A stretch of DNA of 64,000 nt. Origin: a virus (taxonomy: Duplodnaviria > Caudoviricetes). The DNA is taken from positions 1,547 through 65,546 of the IMG/VR virus record IMGVR_UViG_3300036952_000026. One strand, 5' to 3'. The notes under the pieces are model-generated. The model ran no database searches, was not told the DNA's origin, and saw only the letters and a program-made list of their open reading frames with translations. Below are positions 1 through 9,150 of the stretch, piece after piece. A program made the translations under genes and the position numbers. The first letter of the stretch is position 1; each line of letters starts with the position of its first letter.

Positions 1-37
1 TCTGACAGACACTCGGAAAGATCTTTTCTTCAAGCAT
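1..37 (-). CDS. 5' end of a gene running off the window (MLEEKIFPSVCQ...), possibly head-tail connector
   Basis: ATG at 37 preceded by AAGGAGGTGA SD; follows the HNH gene; product inferred only from position. Confidence 0.4.
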   Translation of the reverse strand, partial: MLEEKIFPSVCQ

Positions 38-48
38 GGTTCACCTCC

Positions 49-468
49 TTACCAGAGTTTGGTGTCGCCTGGATGTCGTTCAATGAAACCGACCGGTCTT
101 TGAAGGTCTCGGCCATAATGGATCGCGTTGTGCGTGTCCAATGTGACCGTGATCAAGAACTCGGGGTCGATGATCGCCATGTTTCCATGGATGATGTCTT
201 CCGTTGTGATCGGATTCATGTGATGAACGTGAGCATTCTCGAATATGTCATGACCAGGAATGCCCAGGTCACAGCCATTATCTCGCCGAAGAACGAACGC
301 TCGAGCCTCATGCCACTCATACGAGTGGTAGAAGTCCTGAGACAATCCACCCAACGTTCTTTCACCTACGATTCCGCCAAGACGCAGGTATTCGTATCGC
401 TCTTCGAACGTTCCAAGTGTTCTCAACTCAGAATATGACCTAGTACGAGTCATAGATCGCATCCTCAT
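49..468 (-). CDS. HNH endonuclease (packaging-associated)
   Basis: RRDNGCDLG...HVHHMNPI...HNAIHYG HNH-type motif; next to the putative small terminase. Confidence 0.8.
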   Translation of the reverse strand: MRMRSMTRTRSYSELRTLGTFEERYEYLRLGGIVGERTLGGLSQDFYHSYEWHEARAFVLRRDNGCDLGIPGHDIFENAHVHHMNPITTEDIIHGNMAIIDPEFLITVTLDTHNAIHYGRDLQRPVGFIERHPGDTKLW

Positions 469-778
469 CTGGATAGTCGTCTTCGTCGAAGTTACCTGAG
501 TACCTCTTGAACGCGTTGAGCGCTTCTCCGATGAGGCCTTCGACCCGCTTGGCCGACTCCATGGCGTCTACCTTGGCGCTTAGGAGCAGATTCTCGTTCT
601 TCAGACGCTCTCGCTCGAGTGCTTCTCTTCCGGTGCCCGCTTTGATGAGCAGCGTGGTCTCGGCTGCCGTCGCCGTCCCATCGAGAAGACGTTCTTCTAC
701 AAGGTCATAGGCGAGGGAGACGAGCTGGTCTTCGCGTTCCTCCGCTGATGCGGCGGGAGGCATCTTTCGACGGCCCAT
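440..778 (-). CDS. putative terminase small subunit
   Basis: 112-aa helical protein with AAGGAGGGA SD just upstream of the HNH; position-based inference. Confidence 0.45.
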   Translation of the reverse strand: MGRRKMPPAASAEEREDQLVSLAYDLVEERLLDGTATAAETTLLIKAGTGREALERERLKNENLLLSAKVDAMESAKRVEGLIGEALNAFKRYSGNFDEDDYPDEDAIYDSY

Positions 779-804
779 CTCCCTCCTTCCTACGAGTTGT
801 TGAC

Positions 805-1602
805 CTACCTGCTCAGGTTCTGGACCGCGATGGGTGCCCAGAATGCGATGTGATTGAGCGTCGATTCATCGGCAATACCGGTGACCTTGGGTTCCGGGCC
901 CTTCTTGCCGCCAAGCTTCCACATGACGACGAAGTAGCGCTGGAGTTCCCTCACTCGCTCTTGGATTGCCCCGTTGTAGGTACACAGCTTCCTGCGAGCA
1001 GGTGACTGTGGGATCGGGATCTGAACCCGGCTTCGATCGCCGCGCTTGTTGAGCGCCATCCCGGCCTTCGCCATGAGGTTTCCGAGGTCGCCGATGAAAG
1101 CAACTCCTTCGCCCTTGGAGCCAGGACCGAAACCTTCTCGCTTCGGAGCGGAAGACGGCCGAAGACCCCAAGACTTGTTGGAGTCGTATCCCTTCGCGTT
1201 GAGCGAGAACGACACATGAACGTGCTGCTTGTGTGCATTCGCGCCGGTGTACGGACGAGCTGCCCAGTTGTTCTTCTCGCTGTAGATGTGGCCCTCATAA
1301 ATGAGGTAACCGCCGCCGTTCAGTCGAGGATCGCCAGCCTTCGCCAGGGCCAGCAACTTGTCGAACAGCGACTTCGCGTCATAGGTACCAGGAGCGGTGT
1401 TGCCGTCCAGGTCCTCGTCGATGTCGCGAGCACGAACCACACCCACGCCGTTTCCGTCCTTCACCCAAGGGTTATGATCGCTCTTGCGTGAAGCGTGAGC
1501 GGCATCCCCAATGGTTCCGTCCGACGACTTGTCCCGAAGGTCATAGACGTCATTCAATTCTTGTGCGAGCACGACGCTCGTTACGCAGTTACGCCAAACC
1601 AT
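805..1602 (-). CDS. endolysin, Zn-peptidase (M15-like) domain plus basic C-terminal cell-wall-binding region
   Basis: GDAAH..SDHNPW..VRARDID and HKQHVHVSFS motifs; start moved to MVWRNC (AGGAGAA SD). Confidence 0.7.
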   Translation of the reverse strand: MVWRNCVTSVVLAQELNDVYDLRDKSSDGTIGDAAHASRKSDHNPWVKDGNGVGVVRARDIDEDLDGNTAPGTYDAKSLFDKLLALAKAGDPRLNGGGYLIYEGHIYSEKNNWAARPYTGANAHKQHVHVSFSLNAKGYDSNKSWGLRPSSAPKREGFGPGSKGEGVAFIGDLGNLMAKAGMALNKRGDRSRVQIPIPQSPARRKLCTYNGAIQERVRELQRYFVVMWKLGGKKGPEPKVTGIADESTLNHIAFWAPIAVQNLSR

Positions 1603-1610
1603 GGCTTCTC

Positions 1611-2186
1611 CTAGTTCTCGAGATCTTCCTCGCCGACGATCGGTTCGCCGCACAATTCATTGAGTGTCGGTTGCAGCAACTTCTTGGATGCTGCTTCTGA
1701 CTTCGCATTAGCTGCCAAACCCTTATGGAGGTACTCAGCAGCAAGTTCGCCCTGCATGTCTGCGTCAATGACCGTCTTCCCATCTTCGTTGATGTACCGA
1801 GGAAGGGGCTCGCCGGTCTTCGGATTCGTTCCGTCCAGGATCACCAGACGGTTTAGAACTGCAGACAAAACTTCGCCGCGGGCAGCGTCGGACTCGTTTC
1901 GGAGATCCGTCAAGCACGCGTTTCGTTTCTGAGTCTTGAATCCTGTCGTGATCAAGTCGTTGCCGGTATTCGAGCTGATGCGGCTACTGTTGGCGATGAT
2001 GCCGACAACAATGACCGAGAGAACGATGACGATTACGCCCGTTACCATCAAGACCACGTTTCGAACTAGGAGACGACGGAGCTCGTCGTGTCCATCTTCT
2101 GCGGAACCATCAGACCCGGACTCGGCTTGAACGGGCCCGGGTCCGGCACTTCCTTCGCCCGAAATCGAGCTTGTTCGGTCTGCCAT
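1611..2186 (-). CDS. single-pass membrane protein (possible lysis accessory)
   Basis: TM segment VVLMVTGVIVIVLSVIVVGIIA; AAGGAG SD; upstream of endolysin. Confidence 0.6.
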   Translation of the reverse strand: MADRTSSISGEGSAGPGPVQAESGSDGSAEDGHDELRRLLVRNVVLMVTGVIVIVLSVIVVGIIANSSRISSNTGNDLITTGFKTQKRNACLTDLRNESDAARGEVLSAVLNRLVILDGTNPKTGEPLPRYINEDGKTVIDADMQGELAAEYLHKGLAANAKSEAASKKLLQPTLNELCGEPIVGEEDLEN

Positions 2187-2503
2187 TGAGCGTACTCCTT
2201 ATCGAGCTTGAGCTGACGGATCTCCACATCCTTCTTTGCGATCTCCTTGTCCTTTGACCGGACAATGTCCCAGATCGCCCCTTGGTTCTTGATGACCATT
2301 CGCAGGATTAGACCCGCGAACGTCACCGAGACACCGAGCGTCGTTCCAATAGCGATCGTGTTTCCTTCGGGCCCACTAACCACCGCTGTTACTCCCGCAT
2401 AGACAGCGCCGAATGTGGAGACCGTAGTCAACGCCATAACTTTCACAGCATTGATCGCGAGCATCATTGCTGATTCGCTTAGTACCACGGGCGTCTCACT
2501 CAT
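2066..2503 (-). CDS. membrane protein with two hydrophobic segments (holin-like candidate)
   Basis: Two hydrophobic stretches then a charged coiled-coil tail; AAGGAGGAAG SD. Confidence 0.55.
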   Translation of the reverse strand: MSETPVVLSESAMMLAINAVKVMALTTVSTFGAVYAGVTAVVSGPEGNTIAIGTTLGVSVTFAGLILRMVIKNQGAIWDIVRSKDKEIAKKDVEIRQLKLDKEYAQWQTEQARFRAKEVPDPGPFKPSPGLMVPQKMDTTSSVVS

Positions 2504-2539
2504 TCCTTCCTCCTTACAGCGAATATGCTCGCTGATGGA

Positions 2540-2860
2540 TTACGCTGTCACGACGTTCTTGAAGATGACAGGGATTGGGTTGTCGAGGACGCTGACCGGT
2601 TCTCCACCAGTGACACGCTTCAGGTCCATGTAGCCACCGAAGACGGTGATGTTCTTTGTGATGTCGTCGTCGAGAGTGAACGTGAGCTTTCGCCCGTTCG
2701 GACTGACCTCGATGTTCCACGTAGCGATGAGGGGAGAAGTCGGATTGACTCCGGCTCGGATCTCGCTAGTAATGGTGTCGCCTAGAACGCTGTACGCAAG
2801 TCGCATGTCGAACTTACACGTACGTCCTTTTTCGACGATGATTGCACTTTGTTCTTCCAT
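2540..2860 (-). CDS. hypothetical beta-rich protein, possibly virion-associated
   Basis: 106-aa ORF with AGGAG SD in the late-type operon. Confidence 0.55.
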   Translation of the reverse strand: MEEQSAIIVEKGRTCKFDMRLAYSVLGDTITSEIRAGVNPTSPLIATWNIEVSPNGRKLTFTLDDDITKNITVFGGYMDLKRVTGGEPVSVLDNPIPVIFKNVVTA

Positions 2861-2873
2861 GGTCAGACTCCTC

Positions 2874-4511
2874 TCAGTCTAGAACAGCGTCGATGGTTGG
2901 AGCTGATTCGCCACCCATGACTACGAGCCAGAAGTTGTCGTCGTAGCCATCCGGCACACCCAGACTTGGTGGGAAGTGATTCGCCGTGCAGTCGAAGTTC
3001 AATGACTTGGTCGATCCTGTGTTGTTGAAGACCCGTAGACGGAGAGTCACCCACCGGCCAACACCAGGGTTGGGCACATGCATGACCTGATCATCGGCTT
3101 CCACCTCAGTCGTGAGACTGTCGATCGGGAGCTCGTTGTCGACCGGGGGCCGTTGCGCATGCGCATAAGGCAGAGGTCCAGTGACAGCCGGAGCTGACAC
3201 GATACGCCTGTACGCGATCTCGAGGACGGACAAGTCCGGGTGGTGGTCTTCGGGTGGCGCCGGAGGACGTGCCAGAATCGAGAAGTAGTAGACATCGCCT
3301 GGGTGGATGGTTATCGACGTTCCCGAAGATTCCGATCCAACCAGAGTGAGCGACTTTGCCTCGGTACCACCACGAGCAATCATCACGACAGCTCGTGTCA
3401 ACCCGTTGTTCAGAAAAGACACATTCATGTCTTCGGTCATGTCCGCCCAGATGTGGGGAACTTGCCCCGGCTCCATCGTGAACGCTGAGTAAGCGTCATA
3501 GGATGGTGCCACGTACGCGGCCCCACCAGTACCTTCGGGTAGATCGCCAAAACGAACCACATCCAGGGGGCCAACTGGCTCAGCGCTCACTCGGAGCCTT
3601 GATGCTTGGAGAAACAGCTTCGTGGTTTCTCCTTCGGCTTCATCCATCTCGACGGTGATAGCGCGTAGATCGGCCAATCCATCTTGAATGAACCCGGCAT
3701 CCTCGACCTTGAAGTGCCCCCAATGCATGCCGTTCGGGGTGATCATGCTCACGATGTCCTCCCCACCTCGCACCATCTTGATTGCATTGAACTGTGGCGT
3801 AGTCAACCCAGAGAGGGTGTAAGGCGAGGCCAAGTCGAGCCTAGGGACGATCCCTGACTCGCCCTCCCAAATGGAGGTTCGAACGACCGCGACATTCCAA
3901 GTGGATTCCTCGAACGGTGTTCCATCTTCATTCACGATCATCAAACGGAGGCCGATGATCCTCTTACCCTCAGGAAGGGTAATGGATGTCTCGTACGTAG
4001 CGGATTCTGCTATCTCGACCATCATCTCGGCGGAAGGTGAGCCTTCTCCTGGTGATAGCGCGTAGATCGGCTCATCGATGAGTTCAATCATCGCTGTACC
4101 ATCGGTAGCTGAATGCGCCACCCCGATAACCTTGATCCTTGCCGACGCCACGGCTTCTGGGATCTCGGTTACTTCTTCCCTCAACGGGACGAGGAGCGCC
4201 ATCATGGCAATGTTCTTTGCTACACCATCGCCCAAAAGGAGGGGGCCATAACCCTGGTCGGTATAGCTGAGAAGTGTCATCTCGGTCGTTGAGAATCCGA
4301 TCGTGAACCGATGCTCATCCATGGCGTACGTGTACAACGGGACCCCGTTAAACTGGGTCCAACCAGTCCAAGGAAGGCTTCTGCTTTGGGCGACACCAAG
4401 CATCTCGACGGGTGTATCATCAACTGCTCCACCGAAACCTGCGGGTCCTACTGGGCCGGCTTCGCGGATCCTAACGTTGTTGTTCTCGTCAATGTAGACG
4501 GATTGTGGCAT
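2874..4511 (-). CDS. large hypothetical protein (possible minor tail/receptor-binding protein)
   Basis: Long ORF; likely start MPQSVY at 4511 (AAAGGA SD); no recognised family. Confidence 0.6.
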   Translation of the reverse strand: MPQSVYIDENNNVRIREAGPVGPAGFGGAVDDTPVEMLGVAQSRSLPWTGWTQFNGVPLYTYAMDEHRFTIGFSTTEMTLLSYTDQGYGPLLLGDGVAKNIAMMALLVPLREEVTEIPEAVASARIKVIGVAHSATDGTAMIELIDEPIYALSPGEGSPSAEMMVEIAESATYETSITLPEGKRIIGLRLMIVNEDGTPFEESTWNVAVVRTSIWEGESGIVPRLDLASPYTLSGLTTPQFNAIKMVRGGEDIVSMITPNGMHWGHFKVEDAGFIQDGLADLRAITVEMDEAEGETTKLFLQASRLRVSAEPVGPLDVVRFGDLPEGTGGAAYVAPSYDAYSAFTMEPGQVPHIWADMTEDMNVSFLNNGLTRAVVMIARGGTEAKSLTLVGSESSGTSITIHPGDVYYFSILARPPAPPEDHHPDLSVLEIAYRRIVSAPAVTGPLPYAHAQRPPVDNELPIDSLTTEVEADDQVMHVPNPGVGRWVTLRLRVFNNTGSTKSLNFDCTANHFPPSLGVPDGYDDNFWLVVMGGESAPTIDAVLD

Positions 4512-4544
4512 GTCTAGTCCTTTCGGATCCGGGAGAAAAGTTGA

Positions 4545-4637
4545 AAAGTTTTTCCGGAGATCCCCCCGGAGCAAAAATATAGAGCCGGGCGATGCAGAGG
4601 GGGGGTGGGTTTTGCGAGACCCCTCCCCCCACCCTGC
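4545..4637. promoter_or_regulatory. intergenic G/C-tract inverted repeat and A/T-tract-flanked TCCCCCCGG at a module boundary
   Basis: GGGGGGGTGGG-TTTTGCGAGA-CCCCTCCCCCC imperfect IR; TCCCCCCGG (4561-4569) recurs at 44773-44781. Confidence 0.45.
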
Positions 4638-4642
4638 TGCCG

Positions 4643-4900
4643 TCAGCTTGTGGTCTTCTGGCGTGTCACAATGGTGTGAACACCGCTGATGTTGAATTCA
4701 ACGATCTCTCGCATTGCGTGACGCATCGCCTCCGACTGATCAGCATCACTCAACTCTTCTGATGTGAAGGTAAGCCGAGCGAGTAGACCCATCGTGTTGT
4801 ATCCCTTGGCCATGTCCCATGCCATCCATGCCTTGAAGTCAGCGAATGGATCGAATGGATTGTCCGTTGTTGTGATCATCCACTCTTCGTTGTCATCCAC
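4643..4900 (-). CDS. hypothetical protein (MITTTDNPFDPF motif)
   Basis: ORF downstream of the RNAP; GTG start at 4900 with AAAGGAG SD. Confidence 0.65.
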   Translation of the reverse strand: MDDNEEWMITTTDNPFDPFADFKAWMAWDMAKGYNTMGLLARLTFTSEELSDADQSEAMRHAMREIVEFNISGVHTIVTRQKTTS

Positions 4901-4988
4901 CTCACCACTCCTTTCTTCTTGGCGTTGAGTAGTTGCTACACTACCTGATGACCCAGCACTGGTTGGTCTGCGATCTAGTACAGCCATC

Positions 4989-7736
4989 CTATTCCTCACC
5001 GTTCATGGCTCGGTCCAGTGTGGATACTGACACACCCAACGCTGCTGCTACCTGCTGCCTCGTGTACTTACCAGATGCAAGCATGGACTCAGCCCTTGCT
5101 GCCTTGGTGTTGGACATCAGTCGCTTAGGCTTTGGTGTAGCCAGCTTCTTGACCTTGTCAATGTCCGTGTGTTTGAGGATGTCCTTGAGCCTGGCATTAC
5201 TAACAGCACCAGCCTGGATAGCTTCCCACTCACGATCACTGATCTCGATCATTGTCTTACCTGCACCAGTACGCTTACGTGCCAGCTCTAGGTGGCGGAA
5301 CTCAATGCGCTGAAGGTGTTCTCTATCAAGGTTCTTGTTGGACTGTTTGATAGCCCGAACCTGGGCACCGGCGATTACCTGGGCGGCTCGCTCACGAGGG
5401 GCGTTAAGCTGGGCGGTGTGCAACTTAGACGCCAACGATTCCACCTCACCAGCATACACCTTCTTGGCATGGCTGGATTGGGTAAGGTTGGGGGTCTTAG
5501 ATGCCTCGAGCCTAGCCTTGTTGGCCATACCCTTGAACTTGTTCGAATGATCTGCATACAACTTCTCAATGGGGTGCTTAGTAGAGAGGGTGTGTGCATC
5601 ATCCGTGTTAGCCAGACGCTTAACTTCAATCGTCTTAGGAACCACAGTACCATCACGACTGGTCCTTGTCTTACCCGTAGGTACGTACACAAGAGCGCCG
5701 GTCTTCGGATCGATAGGGCCGCCATCCTTAGCAGGCCGCAGCTTGCGATCAGGAATCCGTTCCTTAGCACCAGCCCTAGAGATCAGGGTAGATGCACCAC
5801 GACTATCAGGGTTAGAGGGATCGAACTGGAACTCATCCTTCAAAGCCTGAATACCAAAGTCCTTCTTGGCCTGCTTGTAATCAAGGTGGTGCTTCTCTGC
5901 ATCGATCGTCACCATCGAATACTTAACAGCCCGAAGAATCTTGTCATCAGACGCACCACGAATGGTCATGTCAGTAATGAGGTTTGAGGCCTCACCCATG
6001 ATTCGACCAGTCGTAGCAGAAGGATCCTTGTGATCCCTAATGCCAGGGGCATCATCTGCCAGCTTGTACAGACGCTTAGGTTCGAACCCCTTAAGTCCTT
6101 CAAGCATTGGCTTAGAGCGCAGCTTTCCAGAGTTGTTGGGAATCACGATGACCGTATCGCCATCGAAGTCCGCACCAGAAAGACGTTCAGCCACATCGGG
6201 GTGAATACCGATAGCATCAATCGAATCTAGACCAATCATCTTTCGTGCAGCACGATGTGCGTTGTTCACCACGAGTTCAGGAATCTCAAACGGCCCGCCA
6301 TGGGGATACCGAATGAGCGCAACCCTTGTGCCGTCTGCGTAACCAGGAGCAAACACTTCTGTCGGCTTCATCTTGTCAACTGGAAGGATTACGTGCCAAG
6401 CACTATCCTTGGTCAACGACACAGCATTGAGATGCACAGCGGCGTTATCGGTCTCACCAGCAAACGCCTCAAGCAACTTCTTCTTAACCGTAGGGTTGGT
6501 AAGACCCTTGATCTCATCGAACTCTTTCTGTCGCTTGTCTTGCGTCTTAGCCAGTTGCTCTCGAACAAGAGCGCCACTCTGCTTTGACAAGACCTGCGTA
6601 GAGATCGACTTTGACCAATCCTTCCATGCGCCTTCACCATTGACGATGTTCATCGCCGAGATGTTGACTTCGTTCTCTTCGCCGGTATTCTTGGTGATCT
6701 GTCGAACTACGGCGCCGAAAGGGAGTTCGCTGTCCTTCTTGATCTCCTTCATTGCCCCGAGCTTACCGTTCTCGAGAACCTTAGGATCGGTCTTACTCTT
6801 GTTGGTATTGAACTCGAGATCCACACCAGCAGGAAGATCGTCCTTGTAAATCGCCATACCCTTGAGGTAATGACCATCACCGACCTGGATTCGAACCTGC
6901 GCATACCGGTTCTCACCGAGCGACAGATCCTTTGCGCCGGGACGGACATAGATCACACCATCAGCCTTCGTTCCACCTTCTTCGGCATAACGAACCTTGA
7001 CCCGCTTGGGGTCCACAGGAATTGGGTCGTGCTTCTTCGACCACTTCTTACCACCATCAATGGAGAAACGATCGAGTTGCTGAACCTCATAGCGATTCAT
7101 GAAGAGATCGTGCTGTGTCGTACCAGGAGGACACAACACCTTGAGTTCGGTCTCATGCTTGGTACCGAGCTGAGGGATCTTCACCTTTTCAACGACGTAT
7201 CCCTGCTGCTTCAAGACATCAACGGAAGCGCGAAGCTTTTCCTTACTGATGCCGAGATGGTTCTCCACACCCTCACCGATGTCGATGTACTGCTTGCGAT
7301 CGACTTCATCCTTGAGCATGTTGGCTGTACCGATGAGAGAAGAGGCCTTCTCTGCGGCATCGGGTGCCAAGAGGGTACGTACGGTAGACTCTTTGGTCTT
7401 GGATCCGTACATTTGCAGAGCAATCTCACTATTGGACATTCCCTTGTCCTTGAGTTTCCTTGCGGTGTGGATCTGCTCTTGCTTTGCCGCATTACGTTCG
7501 ATGGTCATCCGGGCACGGAACTCTCCGCTCTTCATGCCCATGCCTTCGTAGATCTGCTTGTCGGTGAGGTTGTTTGGTGGCCTACGACATTCCTTCACCA
7601 GATCTAGCCACGTGAGGTTTCTCTGATTCATGTAGGACTGATGGTCCCCACCACTACCCCATGGGTAACGGCCCGACTTACGAGGCGTCCCGTAGTGCTT
7701 GATCTCTTCTGCTTTGAATACCACCACAGGGTTCAC
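4989..7736 (-). CDS. single-subunit double-psi-beta-barrel RNA polymerase (YonO/QDE-1-like superfamily) with N- and C-terminal HTH motifs
   Basis: Catalytic LSGADFDGD (DFDGD at 6156-6170) preceded by VALIRYPH; first-barrel motifs ADGVIYVR and QVRI..YLKGMA; HTHs KGMSNSEIALQM and YTRQQVAAALGVSVSTL. Confidence 0.82.
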   Translation of the reverse strand: MNPVVVFKAEEIKHYGTPRKSGRYPWGSGGDHQSYMNQRNLTWLDLVKECRRPPNNLTDKQIYEGMGMKSGEFRARMTIERNAAKQEQIHTARKLKDKGMSNSEIALQMYGSKTKESTVRTLLAPDAAEKASSLIGTANMLKDEVDRKQYIDIGEGVENHLGISKEKLRASVDVLKQQGYVVEKVKIPQLGTKHETELKVLCPPGTTQHDLFMNRYEVQQLDRFSIDGGKKWSKKHDPIPVDPKRVKVRYAEEGGTKADGVIYVRPGAKDLSLGENRYAQVRIQVGDGHYLKGMAIYKDDLPAGVDLEFNTNKSKTDPKVLENGKLGAMKEIKKDSELPFGAVVRQITKNTGEENEVNISAMNIVNGEGAWKDWSKSISTQVLSKQSGALVREQLAKTQDKRQKEFDEIKGLTNPTVKKKLLEAFAGETDNAAVHLNAVSLTKDSAWHVILPVDKMKPTEVFAPGYADGTRVALIRYPHGGPFEIPELVVNNAHRAARKMIGLDSIDAIGIHPDVAERLSGADFDGDTVIVIPNNSGKLRSKPMLEGLKGFEPKRLYKLADDAPGIRDHKDPSATTGRIMGEASNLITDMTIRGASDDKILRAVKYSMVTIDAEKHHLDYKQAKKDFGIQALKDEFQFDPSNPDSRGASTLISRAGAKERIPDRKLRPAKDGGPIDPKTGALVYVPTGKTRTSRDGTVVPKTIEVKRLANTDDAHTLSTKHPIEKLYADHSNKFKGMANKARLEASKTPNLTQSSHAKKVYAGEVESLASKLHTAQLNAPRERAAQVIAGAQVRAIKQSNKNLDREHLQRIEFRHLELARKRTGAGKTMIEISDREWEAIQAGAVSNARLKDILKHTDIDKVKKLATPKPKRLMSNTKAARAESMLASGKYTRQQVAAALGVSVSTLDRAMNGEE

Positions 7737-8281
7737 CCCCTCAGGGACTCGACGTAGTTATCGAACTCGACGATCTTCAGCATGATTGCTGCAACGTCGT
7801 CTGGGTTTGCGTCATCTTCCAGTTTGGCATCCCTTTGATAGATGGCGACATGGATGTTGATTGTGTGAGGGTCGATCTGATACTCGAGACAGAACAGTGC
7901 GGCGTAAACCATCAACTGCTCCAGCTTAGCCGGGGTGATGCCCGTTTTCAGATCGTGGATGATGAGATTCTCTCCATCAAAGCAGATCGTGTCTGCTGAG
8001 CCGAAGCAATTCTCGGAATAGACGAGCGTTTGCTCGCACACCATCCCAAGGTTAATCGCATCTGAGACATACGCGGCCAGAGCCTGATTGTCACTATCCA
8101 GTTTGATCCCCAAGCGAATCGCCTCATGGGCAAGTGCGTGGAGATCGGTTCCCCTTTTCGCAGCCTTCCAACTATGGAAGCGCGTTTCCAGCTGCTGATA
8201 GTCATACCTCAACCAGCTCGATTTACTCGGACTGAGGAAGGCGTGTTTATCGCGCAGAGCATAGTGCTCGTTGAATTCCAT
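7733..8281 (-). CDS. PD-(D/E)XK (Cas4-like) exonuclease
   Basis: HAFLSPS, GTDLH, EQTLVYS..FGSADTI..IHDLKTG..QLMVYA motifs; start trimmed to MEFNEH. Confidence 0.8.
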   Translation of the reverse strand: MEFNEHYALRDKHAFLSPSKSSWLRYDYQQLETRFHSWKAAKRGTDLHALAHEAIRLGIKLDSDNQALAAYVSDAINLGMVCEQTLVYSENCFGSADTICFDGENLIIHDLKTGITPAKLEQLMVYAALFCLEYQIDPHTINIHVAIYQRDAKLEDDANPDDVAAIMLKIVEFDNYVESLRG

Positions 8282-8552
8282 GAAGAACCTCGATTTCGTT
8301 TTCTGGAAAGATGAAAGCGGCATAGTGCATGTCGTCAAACATCTCGATGTAGTAGTCCTGATTCGGGCGGTGGCTTGCGTCCCATGACGCTTTCACCTCT
8401 AGCATTACCCAATAAGGACCGTACAAGACGATCAAGTCAGGGATGCCCTGTATCTCGTCGGGGTTGTTCTTCATCACGAATGAACCAGGCAGAACGCGCT
8501 GGATTTCGTCGATGAGGTAGTTCTGGTAACGGGTTTCGGCTTTTGTCGTCAT
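8247..8552 (-). CDS. VRR-NUC / Holliday junction resolvase-like nuclease
   Basis: GIPDLIVL..LEVKAS..RPNQ motif. Confidence 0.8.
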   Translation of the reverse strand: MTTKAETRYQNYLIDEIQRVLPGSFVMKNNPDEIQGIPDLIVLYGPYWVMLEVKASWDASHRPNQDYYIEMFDDMHYAAFIFPENEIEVLHGIQRALCSAR

Positions 8553-8640
8553 AGAACGCCTCTAGTGAAAAAGGGAAATGACGTGTGTGCGACATTTCCT
8601 CCTATTAGATGCCTTGTATGCGAGCCGACCCTATACCCTT

Positions 8641-9150
8641 TCATTCAACCACGACGAAAATGCTTCTTGTGGGGAAGGTTTCGTCTCCAGTGAAGGTGGA
8701 ACGCCACACATCCTTGAACAGAAGGCCCTGGTGAGCTGCTGCTTCCACGATGTTCGGGTACTCGACCTCATGCACGATGTCAGCGACCTTCAGGTTCACA
8801 TAGTGGAGTGGTGGTTGTCGCTTAAACTGGTTTGCGTACTCCCAGGCGAACCCGTCGGGCCTCCATGCGAGATTCTCAGCCCTCAAGTCGTCGTAATCCA
8901 TGTTCTTGATGATGACGTGGTCACAGTTGTCGTATTCGGGTTGCACGAAAGCCGTGGCCACGATTACTGCCGCTGAACGAGTCCTTCTTGCTCCATCACA
9001 GTCCAGTAGACCGATTTTGTTGTGCCCAGCCATCGTTCGGCTGACGCTCATGGGGTGATCTGTCCGACCAGGCCTCGAAATGCGCCCGTAGTTACTTACG
9101 ATGTAACCAGGGTGTCCTTCGATCTCAGTCCATACTTCGGGGTAGTCCAT
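8641..9150 (-). CDS. NUMOD4-domain HNH-like protein (degenerate HNH)
   Basis: WTEIEGHPGYIVSNYGRI NUMOD4 motif; DHVIIKNMDYDDLRAENLAW lacks the canonical His. Confidence 0.7.
   Translation of the reverse strand: MDYPEVWTEIEGHPGYIVSNYGRISRPGRTDHPMSVSRTMAGHNKIGLLDCDGARRTRSAAVIVATAFVQPEYDNCDHVIIKNMDYDDLRAENLAWRPDGFAWEYANQFKRQPPLHYVNLKVADIVHEVEYPNIVEAAAHQGLLFKDVWRSTFTGDETFPTRSIFVVVE

Noticed and set aside
4989-7736. RNA-dependent RNA polymerase of an RNA element
   Set aside because: The gene is embedded in a dsDNA phage and has HTH motifs; DNA-dependent activity (YonO-like) is more parsimonious, though untested
8601-8623. Additional copy of the promoter motif
   Set aside because: TCGCA and TACA are adjacent (0-nt instead of 5-nt spacer), breaking the invariant 28-bp geometry; at best a degenerate site
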